This document shows, in pieces, positions 55,345-64,000 of a stretch of DNA of 64,000 bases. Below the pieces are notes generated by a model. The model had not been told where the DNA came from. It saw nothing but the letters and a program-made list of their open reading frames with translations, and searched no databases. Source of the stretch: Rhina ancylostomus. Taxonomy: Eukaryota. The stretch spans positions 96,206,756 through 96,270,755 of the forward strand of contig JARFYF010000074.1 of assembly GCA_030265395.1 (NCBI GenBank). The letters run 5' to 3'. How positions within the stretch are numbered: the stretch's first letter is position 1; every line of letters starts with the position of its first letter. The translations under genes were made by a program, and so were the position numbers.

Positions 55345-55545
55345 AGAGTGAGAATCAGGTTTATTACCACTGACGTATGTCGAGAAATTTGTTGTTTTGC
55401 GGCAGCAGTACTGTGCAAGACATAAAAATTACTATAAGTTACAAAAATAAATAGTACAAAAGAGGAATAATGAGGTAGTGTTCATGAGTTCATGGACCAT
55501 TCAGAAATCTGATGAGAGGGGAAGAAACTGTTCCTGAAACGTTAT
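55345..55545 (-). mobile_element. Rex1-associated LINE 3' tail fragment
   Basis: 'aatcaggtttattaccactgacgtatgtcgagaaatttgttgttttgcggcagcagtac..gggaagaaactgttcctgaa'. Confidence 0.6.
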
Positions 55546-55609
55546 AGTCTGTTAGTGGGAAGATGGAATTTGGACTGGTAATTATCAATGTAAACCATAC
55601 ATCCAAGTT

Positions 55610-55860
55610 GATATAGAGCTTTACAGAATGGAAACAGGCCCTTCAGTCAACTCTGTCCATGCCAAAACTCAAGTGCCCATCGACACTAATTCCATTTTTC
55701 TTCTCTCATTCTCATCAACTGCCTGAAATTCTTTTGCCACCCATGTACACTAGGGCCAATTTACAATAGACAATGAACCTACCAACCAGAACACCTTTAA
55801 GATATGGAAGGAACCAGAACAGCCAGGGAGAATGCGCAGACTCCACCCATGCACCCCATA
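55610..55860 (-). mobile_element. Degenerate HE1-like SINE 3' portion
   Basis: 'ggaaacaggcccttcag..cactagggccaatttaca..aacctaccaacc..ggaaggaaccaga'. Confidence 0.6.
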
Positions 55861-57952
55861 TCAGGACACAGGTCTGACAATGATTGGCTGATGCTCAAAT
55901 TTAATCCCAGCTATTAAATTTTATGCTCAGTACAGCATTTCTCTTTAATTTTTTAAAAATATACTCAAATCATTTTGAATATTAGTGGAAATGTGTAAGT
56001 CTCATCTGTTGTTACATGTATACATGCAAGAAAACCTGAAAATTCATCAGAAACTTCAAAGAAATTGTCTATTCCCAAAACGCTCAAGAACTCAATCATC
56101 CCAAATTTCAGCCTAGGAGATCTAGAAACAAAATAAACACATTTAAAAGTGCAGTAAGACATAGACTTCCAACTTAACTCAAAGGTATATGCAATATTAC
56201 TTCTCTCAGCTGAGGGGAAACGTCTGAAAATTTACTGGGATTGCAAATGTTGAAGGCAGATGATTCAGTTTGAGGGGGTCTGCAGGGATCTCTTTCACCT
56301 TTCATAATAAAAAAACATAAATTTTTATTTCTGCCACTTGTTTCATTTCTTGGCTTTTGTTTCTCATTTCCGATGAACATGGGTGTTGAAGTTCTCTAAA
56401 ATCAAGGAATCAGAAGTATTTGCTGTCTGTTATTGAAAAATAATAATCCAAGTTTGGAAATGGTCATCTTCTATATTTTAATATTTCTGTCTCCCAGCAC
56501 CTACAGATAACTTTTCCCCCGAGCATCTTTAAAGTTTGCGTGTACAGGCCACTTTCAAGCTTTTTTGCTAACCAAATGGGAAACTGAGAACTTGACTTCT
56601 GTTCTTCTCCAGGTCTGGAGATTGACCCAATGAGCCACCAATCAATTGACTACCAACATTCAATGTGATGATTCCCCTTAAAAGTTAAATAATTTAAAGA
56701 TGGAACATTACACTACATTTTAGGTGTGAATACTTTTGGAAAGTTTTTAAAGAGCTTCCTTTGTTTCAAGCAGTTTAGCTAATGTTTTACAGTAGTTCAC
56801 CTATCCATAATCTCAGAAGTTCCTGGTTGCTCAGAAGTTAACCAATATTTCACTTTGAATATTAAAAAAAATTGATCCAGAAGAAGTCAGAAATCACTAA
56901 TCATGATTGACATCAGGGTTTTTAACTGATCTTTGTCTTCAGAAACTATCTTGACACATTTCACTAAGGCATAGACTTTTTTCAATTGATTTATTCAACT
57001 GATCTTCCAGCTTGAAGAGAGAGAGACATTGATTAACTTCACTGATGTGGTCCTCGTACACTGTCCAGTTGTACGAAGATGGCATTTTTATACACGTTTA
57101 TAGATGAGGTAAACCATCTCCACCAATATACCCACAGAGATCATTCTTGGCCAATCCAAGAAGAGGAAAGTGCACAGAAATTGCTGAATCTGTTGTCTCA
57201 AGCCCAATATATCCCTTTGTTCAGTTGCAGGCTTGGTTACCGTGATAGTGGTGCTAGCATCTTCTCCAATTACTGAATTTCTTATGGAGCTCATTTGGTG
57301 GAATATAATACCTCCCTCCCATTATAACAGTAAGAAAGCTTAATTCCTTTAGTTGAAGTAGTTTTGTTTGTTACATACGGAAAATTTTGGATGCTTCATT
57401 AATTGGGTTTCATTTAATTTGTTAGCCTTTAATGCACCATTTAAGGACCATTTCCTGAGGCACAGAGTGATGCAGTTCTCAAATTACGAAGTTTCTGAAT
57501 CGATAAATTTTCAAAGCTTCTATACACTTTTTTTCAAGCTGCATCTGTAATGTCTTGCAAGATCCTTAATGATGACTAAAATAGAAAATGAGACTTACCT
57601 GCACAGTTCACAATAACTTCAATAACATTTCACTTTATTAAATTATGATGCACTTCAATAATTATTTCAGTTATCGTAATCCATAGCATATTTTAGATTC
57701 ACTAGAGAGCAGTGTTTCTTTGTTGGTAATATATTCATAATTAAAATTGCTGTCATTTGTAATATTAAATTATTTCACTACATGCAACGAAGAAACAAGA
57801 ATAGTCAATCACATTTATGTTTATATCAATTAAGGAACTAACCATAATTGAGGAGTAGTATACACTTGATCTGATTAAAGTGAAAGGTTGTTCTGGTGAA
57901 CAGCAATCTCTTCATCAAAATTTTTGAAGATTACTTTTGGACGTAAGGTTAG

Positions 57953-58147
<195 letters not shown>

Positions 58148-59082
58148 TAAGATTATTGGTTATGGTTGCAATACCTCAAGGTTTCAGTCAAAGTAAAGCA
58201 TAAATTGTGTAAATCCAGCATTATTTAAAAAAAATAGAAACTACCTCTTGGTTTACAGTTGGATATGCTGCATCTTTCAGACTTAAATCTTTCTGTACAG
58301 TGTCTCTATTCAGTCTGGGTCATAGGTGACACCAGTCTGCAATACAAACTTATCCAATTCTTCCACTCCAAAATTAAGGGTTGCATTATGGATCTTCTGA
58401 TTTCTTCACTTTGTTTGATAAAGGACTGATATTTTAGCATTCTTTCATTAACTATATTAAAATAGGGAAAAAAGTAAGAGCAGGCACTCCCTGTAAAACT
58501 AGCATGCAGGTTCAAAAACCCTCTGCTAATTTCCTGACTTGCAACACATGCAGGTCCAAAGAAAATAAGCGGAAAAGAGCTGCACCTTCACATCTCATGG
58601 CTGACGTGGAGCAGTTTTAATTGGTGCCCAGAAACAAAATGTCTCACTGAGATTTCATTTGAATTGCTGATATTTTTGGCCATATAAAATGATGTTGTGT
58701 GGCAACTTTCTACTGAAAATTGTCACATCTGTTACAATTATATCTGGCCTTGAAGCTCTTTTTTTTCAATCTCATTTTATTTTCCATTGTACATACTCAA
58801 ATGCCCAAGTGCATTTCTGATTGAAATGCTGAGGTTTAATTTCAGTTACAGAATTTTAGCTCACTGTAAATTGTATATAGTTTTCTAGAATAAATACAAG
58901 GGTAATTGAGCGATTTGACTTGATGTTTTTGAACATCAGTGTTGCATTGTCTGAGTAGCTTACTAATCATTCCGCTTAATGCTAAAGTATTGAGTGAATG
59001 ACCAACAGCTATATATGCATTTTTTTTTAAAGTTCTTATTTCTTCAATCTTAATTTCTCATGCAGCATGGACTTGCTAATAA

Positions 59083-59301
<219 letters not shown>

Positions 59302-59700
59302 TAATGTAGGAATACTTGGTTTTTCATGTAAAACTTTGCTGTATGGACTGAAAGATTGTGTGCTAATTTAAATAGATCTTCTGTTATGAGAAGTTTTGAC
59401 AGAAGTAGTCCTTTTTCCTGCAAGATTCCCAGTTAGAAAGAATTTCAATTTTACAGAGCTTCCATTTCCAATGTAAGAACCAGTTTGCTTGTCCAATCTG
59501 TATGAATATAAATATATAGATACATATCCAAATGGCACCAAAAAGACGTCCAATTACAGCAGTTATAAAATTGAATGTCTTTGGAATGAAGATTATTTTG
59601 TTTTAATCATCTTCTGTCATAGTTAAGTTTTCACTTTTAATTGATTTTTGGGTGTTTTTGAAATTTATTCTGTTTTTTTTTCCATGATTAACTAAAATAG

Positions 59701-59745
59701 AATGACTTTTCAACTTCCTTGGCCAGAAAAGGTGAACCTAGATTG
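59701..59745 (+). CDS. TBC1D23: TBC1D23 45-nt cassette exon 15 (MTFQLPWPEKVNLD)
   Basis: aatag acceptor, gtaaga donor, symmetric phase 2 to 2; resembles the human alternative 15-aa segment (MSFNLPWPDR..., recalled from memory). Confidence 0.85.
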
Positions 59746-60429
59746 GTAAGATGGTGTTCAGAATAGCTTGCCAACTTCTGGCCTGTGTACTTCAGCATGT
59801 TGTGCAAGCTCTTTCTATTTCACTTTCACTGTTGCTTTGCTGCAGTATCTTAAGCCTTGAGCAACAAATATTTGTTTGAATTTTACTCGGTTTGTCAAAA
59901 GACAGAGTTGCTATTACTTTTCCACAAGGTAACCATGCAAATATACTAAAACGTATATGTAACATTTTAAGTTGTATTTCACCTTATCTGGCATCCTGGG
60001 GTCTTGCAAAGTACTCTGCTGCAATGTTCGTCCTGCCATTTATCAAGATATGCTTTTTGTTTTGCCAATGCTATGCTTTCTGTGTGTTTTTTATATATAA
60101 TTACCAATTGTATAATCACACCTCAGAAATTACTGGTATTTAACATATGCTGACTCATTTAAGTTTCCCCAATTTACACTGCTGTATAGATGTAGGCAAT
60201 GCCAGATAATTGATTATTCATGCTGCTTGACATCCTAATAAGGTCTGGCCTCTACGTGACACAAGATCAATAGGATGTGGTTGACTCTTAGCCATCCTCT
60301 GAAGTGGATAATCAAGCCATTCAGTTCAAGAGCATTGTAAATAGGCTATAAGTGTAAATTCTGGCCTGGCTTGTGATACACACACCCAAGAATGGATAAA
60401 GGAAGCTCATTGTTTTCACAAAACTTTAG

Positions 60430-61335
60430 ATTATCCATCTTTGGGCTTAAGGTGTAGGAAGTGACTTATTGGTGTGGATGGAAGATTGGCTAGCAGGAAA
60501 CAGTAGGCATAAATAAGCCTTTTTTCTGGTTGGCAAGATGCAATGAGTGTTGTATTACAAAGACCAGTGCTTGGGCTTCAGCTTCTTGCAATGATATAGA
60601 TGGAGGCTAAGTTTGCTGCTGATAGAAAGTAAGTTGTGTGGAAGACTTCATGAGGTTACAATGGAGTATGAGTAGGCAAAGATCTGACATGATACAAGAA
60701 AACATGAGTTTTTAATTTTAACAGGAAAAATAACGAAAAATTATGGTGAGAGATTATAGGGCAAATTTATTCAGTATCCAAGTGCATGATTTGCAGAAAG
60801 CTATGTAGCTACAGCAAGTAATTAAGAAAGCAAACAGAATGTTGTTGCTTATTACTTCGGGGAATTGATTACATACTAATAAGATTGTGCTTCAATTATA
60901 TAGGGCACTGGCAAGATTGCACCGGGAGTTCTGTGTGTCGTATTGGATTCCTTATTTAAGCAAGGCTGCTAATGCTTTGGAAGTAATTCAAAGGTTTACT
61001 AAACTAATACATGGAATGTGCAGGATATTTTATGTGGAAAGGTTGAATGGACTAGGCTTGCATTCCATTGGAATTTAGGTGATTAACTGAAACTGTCTCT
61101 TAAAAAAAGAGTCACCCATTTAAGGCAGAGATGTAGTGCAATTTTATTTCTCGAGCATTGTGATTCTTTGGAACACTCTTCCTCAAAGGACAGTGGAAGC
61201 AGAGTCTGAATATTTTTTAGACGGAAGTAGGTGTTGAAAGGTTACCGGGGTTAGACTGGAATGCATTGTAAAGGTTACAATCAGATCAGCTGTGATCTCA
61301 CTGAATGCAGAACAGGCCTGTTAATGTATTCATGT
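60430..61335 (+). mobile_element. Degenerate CR1-type LINE fragment
   Basis: 'LQLYRALARLHREFCVSYWIPYL.K...LE.IQRFTKLI.GM'. Confidence 0.8.
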
Positions 61336-62249
61336 TGCCTCATTTGTCCCTGTGCATGTTTGCAGTTTTTAAATTATGGTTCTATGAAGCACTTTAAAAT
61401 GTTCTTCAACATGAAATGCATTATGTTGATGAGGTTGAAACATGGCTTTACACTTGATATGAATACTCATATGAATATTTATTCAGTGTACTTTTCATTC
61501 TGTACTAGAACCTCCCCAGATTATCCATGGTTTTGGTTATCTTCTGGGTTGACAGGCGTCATAATCTATTTTTTAATTTTTTTTGATTTACCATGAAAAT
61601 AGAACTGTAAATTATGAATGCTTGTATTAGAAACTGCAATGAAGTCTTATTGAAAAGTCAGTCTTCTGTTATTGTGGGGAGAAACATCAAGAGGTATCTC
61701 AGATTTTTCAGTGATGGCAAGTTTACATGGTATTGCATTTTGCTTTTGTCTCACTAACCACNNNNNNNNNNNNNNNNNNNNNNNNNNNNNNNNNNNNNNN
61801 NNNNNNNNNNNNNNNNNNNNNNNNNNNNNNNNNNNNNNNNNNNNNNNNNNNNNNNNNNNNNNNAAAGAATGATCATATTTATTTAAAAATATGGACTCTT
61901 CATTCACCTTTCTCTTGGTACTACTTTATAATTTTATAAAACTTTTTTCAAAGGAATCGGATAGCCAACCTGACACGAGTCTCCCATTGTATTCCTGACC
62001 TTTGCACCCACGGAATGCGTGTGAATTAAAAACAGTTAATGGAAGAGTGGAAAATGATGCATATTATAGTTTTAGTCCATAAATACATTGGATAACTTCT
62101 TGGAGTTTGCGCGTGCAATGGCTTCAGTCTAAAATCAGCTTCATGAGCCACCACATCAACTGTCATGAGATTTGCAGCTCTGGGAATCATCAATCTTGTT
62201 TTATGACCTAGATAAACTGCATTGCATTCCTGTAAAGCCAGACTCTTGC

Positions 62250-62500
62250 ACAATGGTGGGTTTCCTCCAGGTGCCCCAGTTTCCTTTTGCATTTCAAAGA
62301 CAATGGATAATTAGGTTGATTGGCCATTATAAATTGCCCCTTGTGTGTAGATAAGTGGTAGAATCCAGCAGAAATTGATAATACGGGGAGAATTAAAAAT
62401 GGGATTAATGTAGGATTAGAGTTAATGGATGATTGATGGTCGGCATGGACTTGGTGGGCCAAAGGGCCTGATTCCATGCTCTATTTCTCTATGACTCTAT
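62250..62500 (+). mobile_element. HE1-like SINE, 5'-truncated
   Basis: V-SINE core plus CR1-shared tail 'gtgggccaaagggcctgattccatgctctatttctctatgactctat'. Confidence 0.75.
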
Positions 62501-63824
62501 AACTATCAACTGATCAGGTTCACCATTTTTTGAGACTGCTGTGCAAAATACTAAAATGGTGTCACTTAGTCCTCCTTAATGTAGGAAATGATGAGTACTG
62601 AAAGCACTATAACAAATGCATGTTTGAAATCAAAAAATTTATAGAGATTGTTTTTTTTCAAATGGGAAGACATTTATAACAGCAGATACTTAATGTCATA
62701 TTGAAGAATTGGTTATAAAGCTATTAAAATACTTCAAAGTTTCTGATATAAAAGAAATATTTTTTTCCTGGAATGTGCATGGTTGTCTTATTTGTGCTAT
62801 TTTTACCTTACCCCAACAAAACCATTGTCCTAATGGTTGACTTGCTGGTTGGGATTCTGAAGTTATGATTAAGGCAAAACTGTCAACGTTCATTGTAATT
62901 AACTTGTGAAACTGACAGCAGATATTTAGGTACGTACATGGAAACCCAGAAATTGGTGGTTTCCTGCTCCTCCATGGGATACACTTTTCCAACCTCATCA
63001 AGGATAATCTTCATACATCAGTGCGTTAACAAGACCTACAGGCATTTGTGACCTATTCTTCCTGTAACAAATTCAGATTTTTTAAAACATTATTTAATGT
63101 GAAGCTGACTTAACATACAAAGCCATAACTACAATATTCTTTTTGGCTGTTTATAAACTCATTTTATACATGCACAATTATATTAATATTCTGTTTTATA
63201 AATAATTTGTATCTCATTTAAAAAATGTTTTGATATGTTGACCTCTACTATAATTTCAAATGTTCCAATTGCTATTGCACTCACTGAAAAATGTTTAAAC
63301 TATTAATTAAAAATTATGCATTTTACATCTTGCTTGCTGTCTTTGAGAGTCCTTCGGTGGAATTGTCTATTCAGCCAGCTTGATGACATTTCATTGCTTT
63401 TGGCAGAAATCCCTTCCAGTTAACTCCAGATAACAACTGAAATCAGTGAAGGTGAAATTCAAGCCACAGAGGTGACTTGATCTTTGTTGGCAGGTTCCTT
63501 CCACGCCAGAGGCTAATGTTGGGCACTTCACCACTGATGTCAAAATGTTTACATTTTAGTAAAAATATAAAGTAAGCCAAAAATCCTGAAGCCTGCACCA
63601 TCAACACCTTCCAATATGCAAAATTCCTTGATAAAATATATAAATGCTAAATTATGTTGTCCTCTGTTCAAATAATAGTTTATCTGTGTAGCTGTCAAGA
63701 CTCTGTTCTGTAATTTTACTTAAAACTTTCAGAATCGCCATTGTATTTAAGAAGATTTGCTGTTTTCATTATGCAGGAAAACCTGAAGTAATTTAACTAG
63801 TTTTGTTGTGCAAAAACTTTCTTT

Positions 63825-63940
63825 GACTAACATATACTACCTCAATGCACTGTGTAATGAATTGATCTGTGCAAATGGTATGTAAGACAAGTTTTTCACT
63901 GCACCTCAGTTCAAGTGACAATAATAAACCAATACAATAT
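63825..63940 (+). mobile_element. Rex1-type LINE 3' tail
   Basis: Reverse-complement match to 30855-30950, ending gtgacaataataaaccaatacaata. Confidence 0.65.
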
Positions 63941-64000
63941 AGCACACCATTTGGCTTTTTGTTTTCATTTTAATTATTGACTGCTGTGTTTACCCTCACA

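Noticed and set aside
59746-64000. Further TBC1D23 exons or a CRISPR/prokaryotic-type system
   Set aside because: No exon matching the expected downstream sequence was found. The window is eukaryotic, with no repeat-spacer array or operon structure.

Overview
Vertebrate genomic DNA, almost certainly a cartilaginous fish (shark or ray), judged from HE1/V-SINE-type SINEs, CR1 and Rex1 LINE fragments, DeuSINE-like relics and Penelope-type repeats. It is AT-rich with many assembly gaps. Two spliced + strand genes can be assembled by hand. (1) ~506-7719: a 7-8 exon gene encoding a ~309 aa protein whose C-terminal half resembles the Cut8/Sts1 nuclear-proteasome tether family, which is not known from mammals. 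(2) 12940 to beyond the window end: TBC1D23, coding exons 1-15, including the 45-nt cassette exon, behind a CpG-island promoter. Introns hold decayed CR1, Rex1, Penelope-like (GIY-YIG) and hAT elements. Several Penelope-derived terminal repeats carry minimal hammerhead-ribozyme cores. Most ORFs in the supplied track are spurious or repeat-derived. All family assignments come from recognising motifs by eye; no searches were run.
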